From Zancudomyces culisetae HAW-14-8 (Eukaryota; Fungi; Kickxellomycota): a stretch of 64,000 nucleotides of DNA. Below, in pieces: positions 11,701-23,143 of this stretch. Numbering within the stretch: the first letter of the stretch is position 1; every line of letters starts with the position of its first letter. Under the pieces are notes generated by a model. It was not told where the DNA came from. It ran no database searches and worked only from the letters and a program-made list of their open reading frames with translations. The stretch lies in contig JBNJNM010000008.1 of NCBI GenBank assembly GCA_052426225.1, forward strand, positions 186,001 to 250,000. Direction: 5' to 3'. Both the position numbers and the translations under genes were made by a program.

Positions 11701-14511
11701 ATGGAAATGGGTGCGAGTATGGAAATGGGATATAAAGCAGAGGTTTCGGATAGTGAATATAAAATCGTGAAAGGAACGAAAAAAGTAAGAGAGAATAAGG
11801 TTCTCCAAGCTCAAAACCATTCCGAAAATGACGAAAATGCATCTGAAACTGAGTTTGTGTTTAAAGGAAACAAAAATATTGGGATAATTAAAAGGGAAAT
11901 AGACAAAGGGGTTTTAAAAAGAGAACTCCTGGAGGCAGACCTGATCGCGCAAAAACTAAGCAAAAACGATTTGATTAAAAATTACCGGACAGCGAAATAT
12001 AGATATAAACGTTCAGGGTGGGAGAAGAAGCGAAGGAAGGGAGGTGAAAATGAAAATGGGGGTGTGGGTAGAGAAGAATATGGAGGTGAAGATGGAAACC
12101 GAAATATTGACATTGGTACCCGCGTTGTGCAGCAAGAACTACAAGAGACTCAGCAAGAACCCTGCAGTGTGAATGTTGGAGTTGGTTCTCAACAAAACCA
12201 GGGCTATGATGCCATAACCCTTGCTAAGAAAGCCATTGAAAACGCAAAACTGCTACTAGAGTCTCTGGGGCAAAATAAAGGAGGAGTAATAAAGCATGTG
12301 GAGAAATATTTAAAAGATGTAGACGATGCTCTGGATTTAAACAAGGCCAATTTCACATTTCCTAAGGTCAGAACCATGTGGTCGCCTGCAGAAGACAGAC
12401 TTCTTAAGATAGGCGTACAGCTATACGGTGCGAATACAGAATCATGGCCTAAAATAGCGGTTTTAGTTCCGGGGCGCACCAACAAAGCATGTAGAAAGCG
12501 ATGGTTTCATTCTCTAGATCCTACACTACATAAAGGGCCTTGGTCAGCACAGGAGGATGAGCTGCTAAAATATTGGGTTGAAATGTTACCTGGGCAGTGG
12601 TCAAAGATAGCAAAAAAGATTAAGGGACGGACAGATGATCAATGTGCCAAACGATGGAGGGAGAGTTTGGATCCTACCATTAGTAGAAAAAAGTGGGAGC
12701 CTCATGAAGACGAGCTACTGATACAGAAATTTAAAGAGTTAGGTGCTCAATGGCAAAAAATAGCGTCATTTTTCGTAGGTCGTCCGGGTTTGCATTGCCG
12801 GAATAGATGGCGCAAGATTATGAGTTTTCAGGGTTTAGAAATCGATGAATTAGCTATGTTTGATAATGATGACCATGCTTCGTCAAAGAATCGAGTTTCT
12901 TCTGCAGAGATAAAAATAATACCATCTGATAGTACCGATGGCTACTTATCTGCTGATAAGTCTTTGAAACGTATTTCTGCCGACTTTTCCATTCCTAAAA
13001 GACCATCTAAAAGACCAAGACCATCTTTAAAGTCGTTTCCAAAGAAAAGTGCGGCTCAAGGCGGTAAAACAAATTCCGCACCCCAAAACGACCAGCAAAT
13101 TTTGGAGGCTCTTATGGGCGAACAGAATGAGAAGGCTGGCATCCTGTATCCCATTGATTTGAAAAGGTTTATCCACCAAATGAAAGATCCTAGATTGGAT
13201 GCACAATCAAATGCGATTCAACCTTTAAACCAGGATATCCTGGATTTAGATGGTGATCATCTACTTAGAAAAATCTCAAATGATTCCCGATATCTTGTTT
13301 CTTCTTCAAGTGCAACAAGAGTGGCAACTTCTGAAGAAATTTCCGTTTGCAATCATTGTTCTAACATTTATGACCACAATACCAACGTATTCCATTCTTT
13401 GAAAAAACACAATAACGAACACTTGGTAAACGATTGCACACAAATTTTCAACGACAACCTCATTTCTCAAAAAAATCACAATCAGATTGGCAACGAGCTT
13501 ATTGAAAACAGAGCTATTCTTGAAGAAGGTAATATCTTTGATGATAGAAGTTCTACCAGCATTCTTTCAAGGACCCTAAAACCTCGCTACGATGGCATTT
13601 CTACAGATACATCCAAATACCTGTCGAAAAATATAGATGTCAGCCTCCAAAATATCTTCAATACCATTAACTACCGCGACTACCTAAGTGATTATCGGGG
13701 CGACAACCAATCGCTTAATCCAACCAACTTTGTATCCAATAAAAGTCCCACTGTTCCACAAATAACAAATCTACCACCGCTCCCAAAATATATCGAACAA
13801 CCAAAACCGCAGCCTGAAAATGGAAATCTAGAGGTCTTGTTGCATTCCTTCGAAAACCCAGCCAGCTATGCACCCACTCCGACATTTTCTGGTCCCGCAG
13901 CAGGGATGAATGTCGATCTATATTACTCTTCACAAAAGCTGTCCTACTCTGACCCTTACCACTTACACCCCTTTCTAAAAAAAGATTCTAAATCCAAGGA
14001 AACCAACGCTGCTAGCCACTTTGGTGATGTAGATGAGATTGAAAAGAGTCTACCCATCGACATTGACCCTTCATCACAAGGCCAGATTATTCCTTTCCCG
14101 GAAATCTCTCAGTCACTTTCTGCAAAGATCCTTTACTCAAACCCCTCAGTTTCTCAAGATATACCCTTGGGTGTCCAGCAGCTCCTAGAACCCCCTGATA
14201 ATTCAGAGTCACACAATATCCAAAAGCCACTTCATCTCACTAAATTCTCCGAATTTTCTTCAGAAACACCTAAACCTTCTGGAAACAGCTCATCCTTTGT
14301 TTTGGATCAATGTCTGATCTCTTCATTCAATTCCATCTTTCCCACCATCCCAGCCCCAATAGATCCTGAAAATAACAAACAACCTTTCATTAATCTTGAA
14401 TCAACCCTTCCTCCGCATTCACACTCTGATGCCGAAACCTCACCGATTTTGTCTGAGCACGAAAAGAACAGGCTGCTTTCTTTATTCACAAGTAGTGAAT
14501 TTCAGAAATAA
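11701..14511 (+). CDS. Myb-family transcription factor with three tandem Myb repeats
   Basis: WSPAED...GRTNKACRKRW, KGPWSAQED...GRTDDQCAKRW and KWEPHED...GRPGLHCRNRW, followed by a long low-complexity C-terminus. First ATG is at 11701. Confidence 0.92.
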   Translation: MEMGASMEMGYKAEVSDSEYKIVKGTKKVRENKVLQAQNHSENDENASETEFVFKGNKNIGIIKREIDKGVLKRELLEADLIAQKLSKNDLIKNYRTAKYRYKRSGWEKKRRKGGENENGGVGREEYGGEDGNRNIDIGTRVVQQELQETQQEPCSVNVGVGSQQNQGYDAITLAKKAIENAKLLLESLGQNKGGVIKHVEKYLKDVDDALDLNKANFTFPKVRTMWSPAEDRLLKIGVQLYGANTESWPKIAVLVPGRTNKACRKRWFHSLDPTLHKGPWSAQEDELLKYWVEMLPGQWSKIAKKIKGRTDDQCAKRWRESLDPTISRKKWEPHEDELLIQKFKELGAQWQKIASFFVGRPGLHCRNRWRKIMSFQGLEIDELAMFDNDDHASSKNRVSSAEIKIIPSDSTDGYLSADKSLKRISADFSIPKRPSKRPRPSLKSFPKKSAAQGGKTNSAPQNDQQILEALMGEQNEKAGILYPIDLKRFIHQMKDPRLDAQSNAIQPLNQDILDLDGDHLLRKISNDSRYLVSSSSATRVATSEEISVCNHCSNIYDHNTNVFHSLKKHNNEHLVNDCTQIFNDNLISQKNHNQIGNELIENRAILEEGNIFDDRSSTSILSRTLKPRYDGISTDTSKYLSKNIDVSLQNIFNTINYRDYLSDYRGDNQSLNPTNFVSNKSPTVPQITNLPPLPKYIEQPKPQPENGNLEVLLHSFENPASYAPTPTFSGPAAGMNVDLYYSSQKLSYSDPYHLHPFLKKDSKSKETNAASHFGDVDEIEKSLPIDIDPSSQGQIIPFPEISQSLSAKILYSNPSVSQDIPLGVQQLLEPPDNSESHNIQKPLHLTKFSEFSSETPKPSGNSSSFVLDQCLISSFNSIFPTIPAPIDPENNKQPFINLESTLPPHSHSDAETSPILSEHEKNRLLSLFTSSEFQK

Positions 14512-17324
14512 AAACCCGTATCCTCTCAACTCTTTGAGTTCGGAGTCCGAATTTGAATTTTCCCCAAACACACTTTGTTGAACACTTGTTTTCAGCATAA
14601 CTTCCCTTCCCCCTCCCTCCACTTTTCCTATCTCTTTCATAGCACATGTTTTCTTTCTTTTTTCTTTTGGAGGAGGGAAGGGGAGTGAAGTTACTTTTAA
14701 TTTTAGTCGGTAGATCTTCTAGAGTTTTTGTATTTTGCCTTTTTTTGTTTTTTTTTTACCTTAAATTTTGATAATAAGTTATGTTAGCAAGAAGATGAAT
14801 ACCTCTTGCAATAATACACCTGTGTTTTCCAAGAACAGCAAAACTATTCAAACATTGCGCAAAACCAAGAAAATAGCAACCATAAGTATTTTAGGGGGTG
14901 GTATGTGGATGGACAAAATATTTGATACCATTTCTCTGGGCGATGGTAATATAAACAAATGGTAATCTTTGAACCGAGAATATTATTTTCTCCCTTTCAA
15001 CTCACTCGCACATACTTGCATACATCTAGATGGTTGTATATACATATACATACAAACGTCTACTGGGAAAGCACGCTTATCAGCGATACTTTCCGAATTA
15101 CTCACACCATACTGCATTTTTTCAAAATTGTATTCAATTTTAAATAATAAAAACAGAAAAAAAAACGCTGTAAAAACCTGGTTCGACTTTGCGATCAATA
15201 CATTGATTACCTATATATTTTACGATATACAGGATTTAAAGTTCCGTGAACATGACTACAATATCCTCCTCCCTTCAAAGAAAAAAAGCAAAAACATCAA
15301 GTTTCAACATCAGTTAGGATAGGGACGTGGTATACATACAACACATATTTAGAAATCTATTCCTCTCTAGTTCCAAAAGCATCTCAGGTTTTAGACATAG
15401 GCTTATATGATTTTCATATGTTAGTTTGTGATTGATCCAATAGAAGGGAACATGCACTAAATAACTCTAGCAGTGATGATATTTACAAAGCTATACAATT
15501 GATTTGAATTGCTAGATTACCAACTCTGGCAAATAAAGAACACCACTTGAACTTTTATTTGCTAGCATATTGAAGTTTGTTTACTTGGTAGTTATTGTTT
15601 TTCCAAATAAAACAATAGTTATGGCTTCTGTATGACCTACCCGAACACTTCTTTATTTATGGGCCTATGGTAAATGGGAATTACCTTTTTGCATTAATTA
15701 GGAGACTGCACTAAGCAAAATGAATAAACAAATGTTAATCCAAGACTGTACTAGCCAATATCTTTTGAGTTTTTCTTTCTTCAGTCATATCATTCAACTG
15801 TTAAACAGGTGGAAAAATCACACTTATATTTAACTAAGACTGAAAAGAAAGAGCAGTCAATATTCTAGTACTTAGTATGAAATACCTGTAATACAAGTGG
15901 AAAATAGTGTTAACGTTGGCGGGAGTCAGAATAGTGCAAAAAAGAAGAAAAAAGAGCATCCTTTTGTATATTGGCTTTCTGAGTTAAATAGCTTTGTGTG
16001 GTTATTGGCAAGTCCATCCAATAAAGCAGAAAAAGATATTTCTGTTTAAATGAGTTTGCAAAAATCTAGACGCCACCAATTTGCATTTTCTTGAAGATCT
16101 TCTAGTAATATGACTTGGATACTTGCACCTCCCCCAGACTTTTTTGCTGGAGAATAAAAAGGCCTCATTTCAAGGCCAACTATGTTTAGTTTACGCACCC
16201 TCCCCTCCCCTCTAATAACATAGATTAGAAGGGGAACAATTGTTCGATTTTTTTTACTTTTGCCGAAATACAAGAATAATGACAAATAACAAAGAAATTG
16301 AACGTTGCATATTTGATATATTTCATAGTGAAGACAAAAATCAAACGTTTTGAGAAAAAAATATGCTTAAAATATTTTGTCACTCACACAAAAAAAAAGA
16401 AAAAGAGGTTCACACTATAATTCATATCATAAACATATTTCGCTACCTGTAGATCTCAAAGAAAGCTAAGGTTGAAGGCAAAAGAATGTAAGTGTGATAC
16501 CCATTGCTATTTGTCTAGTTCACATGTATGTGTATAAAAACTAGTGAACAAAAAAAATTAAATATATATATATATGTATATATGTATATAACTCCCTGTA
16601 TTAGTACATATACAATATTGATTGCGGCTGTGGTTGCGGTTGTATCATATTGAACTATCTGAACAACTACGATATGCATGTACATATTGATAATTCTGGT
16701 TGATATCGACTGATAAGAGTATATGATAATTTGCTATATCAACCAATAAATAGATATTATATTCAGAAGAGGAATACACCAAACCGTTCAGTTAAACTGC
16801 AAATAGCTGACTCGAATAAAAAAGAAAGCTTGATACAAACGATATATTGTTTTATGGTCTTTGAGGCAAAGACTTTTACATTAAATATAAAATAGCCGAT
16901 AATGATAACGTAAAGACAGGAAATATGGATCAGAACTATAAGAACACGCAAGAAAAGTGAGTTTATTTTTCTTTTGTTTTTTCTTTTTGAAATCTTTGTA
17001 TGAATCTGGATGCTTAAAGACATCCCATCTATTCGATGCTGTGAGTTTTAGCTTACTTTTTTATTTTATTAAAAAAGGTATATTATGGATATAATACTAA
17101 CATTTAAGTTGAGGTTTTATGTGTGAGGTTTTAAAGGGATACTAGATTTAATTATCTTAAGCGTAGTATCACAAAGTATTCGGGAATATTTATGATTTAT
17201 AAACGCGCTCGAGTGTAGTAATTTAACATGATTAACCAAGGTTCATGAAAAAAATATAATCTTAATATACCAATACACAATAAATAGAAGAGAAGGGATT
17301 ACAAGCAGAGCCCAACTGGATTAT

Positions 17325-20300
17325 ATGCTTGGAATGAAAAATGAAAGAGGGAAGGATCCAAAGGGGGGAAACTTTGATGGTCGCGCAGAAGATGGTACAA
17401 AGAAAGAGGTAACGCCTTCTGGGGGTATGGGTTTTTTCAAGGGGTTGAAAAAAATCTATAATAAAGCTACAAGGAAAGAGGATAAAGCTACAAGTGAAAC
17501 TAGTAGTTTCAGCGAAACCTCTACCAGAGGTCGTTATTCTGAAGAAAAAGATGGAAATGATAAAAAGATGAGCGATGGTAAGGGCACTCTTTCTTGCAGT
17601 TTTAATATAAATATTAACTCTATGAACCTTCTAAGGCTTGTAAGATGTGATGTGTAATAATACATTAATATTAATACAACCGATTGTTCACTTTTAGTTT
17701 CGAGACTATCCAAGAAAAGCACCAATAAAGGTTCAAACTTTGATATAAGAGGGGCAGGAGAAGTAAAAGGAGGGGGATATATAGGCGAAAATAAAGGCAT
17801 AGGAACAAGTTCCCAAGGTTCAGAACCGCTTTTGGCTGCTCGCACAGCTACTAGTGACTCTAGTAAATGGGGGAAGAAGAGATCAATGTTATTTTGGGGA
17901 GATAACAAAGATGAAATTAATGATAGTGATTTAGAGAGTAAACAAGGATATAAAGGAAGTAGTACAAGGGGTGAAAAGGTTGAAAGTCTGATGGGTGGGT
18001 TGGGGTTGGGGGGACTAATTCCTAGTGTTGAAAAAGCACGTGGGTCTTTTATGGGCTTTGTAGGAATGGATGATAAAAAAAAAGAGGAGGCGGCTACAAA
18101 AAAAGCATCAACACTTGCTGTCGAGAGGCATAGCGAAAGTTCTAACAAAAATGAAAGTTCCGTTGGTATTTTCAAGACCGAGTCTAATCAATCCTCCGAA
18201 AATGAAGATTTTGAGGCGGGGATAGAGGATATTTCCAAGCCATTTAATGTCAAGAAGCATTCAACCGTCTCAAATATTAAAGCTGCAAGTGGACTTCCAC
18301 AGTACCAACAGGCCCCCAAGCTGGTACCACCCCAACAGCTACTTTATTTGCGGGATGAGGCAATGAGACTAAGAAAAGAGAAAAGTGTATCTAATGCTAG
18401 CCCAGAGACCGAGACAAGAAAGCCTTCTAACGAAAAAGATTCTTTCTCTTCGGCTACACCTGAGCTTGAGAACGATGTGCAAGATGCTCATAAAACTTTG
18501 TATATGGAAACAAATAAGAGACTTTTAGCACGCTTTGAGGAGCTATTAAGAAATAGGAGAGCATTTATATTGAATCAAGATCAACAAAAAGGAGTACAAA
18601 CTGTGCTCGAGGAGGATATATTTTTCCTTGATTTTGAAGAGAGAATAAAGCCATTCATCTTTAGAAAGTGGGTTAAGCCTTTAGAGAATCTTGGAGGCGA
18701 TTTTTTACAAGCGGGTGTTAATTTTAAAAAAAGCTCGATTAGAAATAACTCTTCTGGGGATTCTATAGCTATTGAAAGGTCAAAAAGCGAACCTAGCCTA
18801 TCCGCACACTATTACTACAATCTGAACGAGTTGTTGAAAACTAACAACACAGATACTGAGAAACTATGGGAACTTCCGAAGGGAGGGCAGGAAAGACGAG
18901 GTGTTCTTAGTAAAAGAAGCGACTGGGACAGCAGATCCGATTCTGGGCATGCTGTAGATAATACTGATGAGCCCAGCCTTAGTCTTGAGAGTAAATCTAG
19001 GATGTCCCTTCTTTCTGAGTATAACGAGTTTAGCACAAATTTGAGCTACGTATATGGCACGTTTATTCCGACTAATGGAATAGACACAGATTTCCTCGAA
19101 AATAACCACAGTCCTGTTTCCTTGAAAACACTCAAGGACAAAGATATGTTTACAAGGGAGAAGGATGATGTTTTGCATATTTATAACAAGCTGGGCTACA
19201 AACCTCCAATGTTTGATCTTAGAGATAATGAAAAGGCAAAGATTTCGAAGCTGGAAAACAACTACTATGGCCATACTAGGAGTGAGTATGAGGAAACTGA
19301 AGATCTTAAAAATATTGGTTTAGAGCTCGATATTGCCAAAGCTCCCAAGCTTGACTATCGTGTACTGGTTCTTTCTGATGAGGGGGATAGAGTTTGGGCA
19401 AGAGGAGATATGTTTTTACTGGGAAGGTATGGGTTTTTCGACAGTGTTAGGAGTTCCACAAATTTTGTGCCATGCTTTGATCTAATTCATAGCAGATATG
19501 TTAATGATGTATTATCACGGATCTCCCAATCGAGGAAAAACGACAAAGCGTTTATTAAAAGATTGCCTAAACACTTAAAAGTCGAAGACCTAGCAAGTCA
19601 TAAAAAGCCAGTAAATTTATCCCACCTGTGTAAAGTGGTAGAGGATGCTTGTGAAGAAATTGGAACTAATAATATCGCCTATAGTACGGTCTTTTTGGAT
19701 CTCAAGGCAATGCAGATAGACGTATTATCTTGGGCTCGGCAAAACCTTGAGCAACACAAAAGACATGATGAATATACAATTAACAGCAACAGCCTCGAAA
19801 ATAAACAGAAGCTAAAACAAGTGCTTGAAACAGAAGATGCGAGTACTACAAGTATTGAAAATTCAAATAAAAGTTATGAGATTATTGGTCACTCCAATAA
19901 AAACATTCAAAATCCATGTATAACCACAGAAATACAAAGTGATAGTAGTTTCGAATCTCTCTATAAAGACACCAGTGTTGCTGTTAATAGGCCTCCACCT
20001 CAAACTTCTAATATGTCTTTGGGCGCGTGTACAAATGATAATTCGTATAGTATTTCGGGTGCTGAGCAGACAGGTAGTATTATCGAGCCTTATAGGGTGG
20101 GTAACTTTGTAGAGAAAGGGGAACGTTTTCAGTCGAGTCAAAAAGAAAATAACCGCTCAGAAAGTCCAGCCACTTCAGCTATAAATGCTGTGCATATTTC
20201 TAGTACTTCCAGAAGTGACACTAACAAGAGTTATGGTGGCGCAACAATTCGAAATAAAAGCTTTTTTGGTGGAAGAAATAAACCCTTTTCGAATGCCGAA

Positions 20301-21548
20301 ACCCCAAGCCCAACGCCAGAGTCATTTTTAACACCTTCGGGAGTTGCTGCTCCCAAAAGTTGGGCTAGTAGAAAGTCAATGTCTATTAGAAAAAGTCTAC
20401 TTCCTGATTCAAAAAGGAATGACACAGGCTCCTTGCTCTCAGTAGAACAAGCGGACGGCTCAAAGTTTGGTAAAAAGTCAATATCTGCACTAGCTGGTTC
20501 GTTTCTTTTTTCACGTGACAGTTCAACAGAAAGAGATGAATCAGACAAGGGAAAAGCGCAACTAGACGTGAAAAGTCGTGATTACAGAAATATCCCGGAT
20601 TACTCTGCCGCCTCTGCGGATTCAGGTGTATACAATATTGGAAATGATGTCAATACCATTTTCCCCCCACAAAGCCTTACTGGTGGAAACTCTGTGAACT
20701 TTCTTGGTGAGCTGTCACGTAGTATGAAAAACAGATCTAGCCTTTCCAGATACTTTGAAGAAATTAACAAGTTGAGACAAGAAAGGTGGATATTTAAATT
20801 TCCAGTTGACGTCTTGTACAATTTTGAAACGCCAATGCACTCTAAAAATGACAACGGCATGGATATAAGCTTACAATCGCCCAATCTTGAGGATATAGAG
20901 GTCGAAGGCAACATTTTGAGCGATCAGCTATTTCCACAAGTAAAGAACATTGCTGAGTACGATCGCAGCTCCCTGGAAGAAGCAGAGTATTCGACCATAT
21001 TTGCAATCAATCTCTACAAATTCAACAAGATCATTGAGCTCCTCGAGCAGTATGATAGAAATAACTCTGTGTATATGGGACCAGTAGATCTTTCAAATGT
21101 ACATGCTAATGAATTCCAGTGTGATGAAATTGGTGTTTCAGGAAAAAATGTTTTAAAAAGAGTTCTATCATATAGTGACGTGGAGGTTTTTGCTGATAAT
21201 ATGACTCCCTACACTTTGGATGACAGGAAAAACCCCACTACACTCTTTGAAAAAAGACGTGCAAAACCAACATCTATATTTTCTACCAAATTGTACTTTC
21301 AAAAGTTCGAGTATTTTGTGTGGAATCATACTAGACCATGTGAGCCTGGTGTGTGCACGCAGTATTTCAGAAATACGACGCATATGGATGGAGGTACTGC
21401 ATTTAAGGGATTGGACAAGTGCAAAAGGGCCATGTCTGTTAACATTGGTAGGCCGCACCTGCCTTATCATCTTAAATCATCTAAAAATATGAAACTAGAT
21501 GATAGGTGTTATGCTCCAGTGATAGAAAATATCTTGAGTACCCAATGA
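17325..21548 (+). CDS. Large uncharacterised Ser-rich protein; exons 17325-17577, 17698-21548
   Basis: Phase-1 intron 17578-17697 (GTAAGG...TTTTAG) joins the 5' ORF to the 1238-aa frame. No recognisable domain apart from a weak CRIB-like motif. Confidence 0.75.
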
Positions 21549-22257
21549 ATATAAAAAACCATTTGTATCTTAATATATTTTTCCATTACTCGGCTTTAAC
21601 ACTCAAACGTCAGGTTCATCCCATATGCCACTATGCTCTAGTGCACCATTATTAGATATCCACAAATACGTCTCGTTATGATATACGCTTAAATTAATTT
21701 CTACATGGCGAAGACTATTTGTATAACTGTAAACATTTATGTATGCTACTAACTCTATTTGTCTATAGACCGCTCTTAAATTATTTTAAAATTCTTTTTT
21801 ACCAGTTTTTTACTACCACTATTGAAGCCAAAACCTTATCTAGTACAATAAAGATTCCAACTTACTGGGTATGTAAAGCAAACGGAGTGTGCCCCTTCTT
21901 CCTCTCTTTCTCCCCCTCCACTTTGCTTCCCATTCAAACAATTTAAGCATAGTTGTAAAATAAGCATATACGTGTATAGAGAAAAAGCTAATCATCTCAT
22001 ACACCACCAAATCACACCTAAAAAGCGAACAAAGTTGGAATTCCTAATGAAGAACAGATTCTCAAAATAAATGTTTTTTAGTAACATCACATTACAGCAG
22101 ACAACTACAACAGGTGGACAAAAATGTTGGTAACACGAGCAGGTTTGAACATGATTCTTAGTTTTAGGTAGCGCTTAAAAAAAAAATTTTTTTTTGTAAA
22201 CAAAAAAGAAAAGAGTAACAATTATAGCTACAGCTAGCTAAAAAAAAAGAGAGAAAA

Positions 22258-23143
22258 TTAAGACTTGCTTGCAGCAGTGCAATCACGGGAAATATGTCCA
22301 GACTGACCACAGTTGTAGCATGCTCTGTTGGTTTCCTTTTCACAATCGCTAGAAAGATGGCCAAATCCTCCACAGTTATAGCATTTTGTTCCGTTTGAGC
22401 AATCACGGCTCAAGTGTCCTGTTTGTCCACATGAGTAGCAGGTCTGGTTGCTTCCAGAGCCTCTTGCTGATGAGCGACAGTCCCTAGAAATGTGGCCGCG
22501 TTGTTCACACTTGTAGCATATTGGGCCGGAATCTCCACCACTTCCACCACTTCTACCTTCTCTTCTGTACCCACCAGATCTAGCATATCCCTCATCTCTT
22601 GACTCCTTTTGACATTCACGAGACTAATCGGTTTTAATTTAAAATAAGTATCAGCCGAGAAACAAAAAAAAGCACTATAAGCATATAGATTCTTACCATG
22701 TGGCCTGGTTGTCCGCAGTTATAGCATACTCTTTCGCCTTGAGGCTCAGGGCAGTCCTTGCTCAAGTGACCTGGCTTTTGGCAGTTGTAGCACATCTGGC
22801 CCTGTCTCTCTTTGGTGCAATTCCTTGACATGTGTCCGGCTAAGCAAATATATCGGATTGTTATTTTATTTAATCAGTTAAATTTCCAATCATCTTTGAA
22901 GACATTTCCGTTGGATACCCAAGACAAGCAAAAAAGTAAATAAATAAACAGATAGCCGGGCGAATATTTTTTCTGAAATACATTATCCCCCCTCTTCCCT
23001 CAACCCCCATCACACATACAGTATTACCTGAGTAAAAGGAAAAGGGCTGGACTGGAACAGCTGAATACAATCTTAGTATATTAACATTTTAATGAGATCT
23101 TACTTCCACCGCAATTATAACATCTTGGTACATACCCCACCAT
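22258..23143 (-). CDS. GIS2: CNBP/Gis2/Byr3 zinc-knuckle nucleic-acid-binding protein with 7 CCHC knuckles; exons 23143-23104, 22839-22697, 22623-22258
   Basis: Spliced translation MVGYVPRCYNCGGTGHMSRNC...CYNCQKPGHLSKDC...CYNCGQPGHMSREC, an R/G-rich linker, then four more CxxCxxxGHxxxxC knuckles; stop TAA at 22260-22258. Confidence 0.92.
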
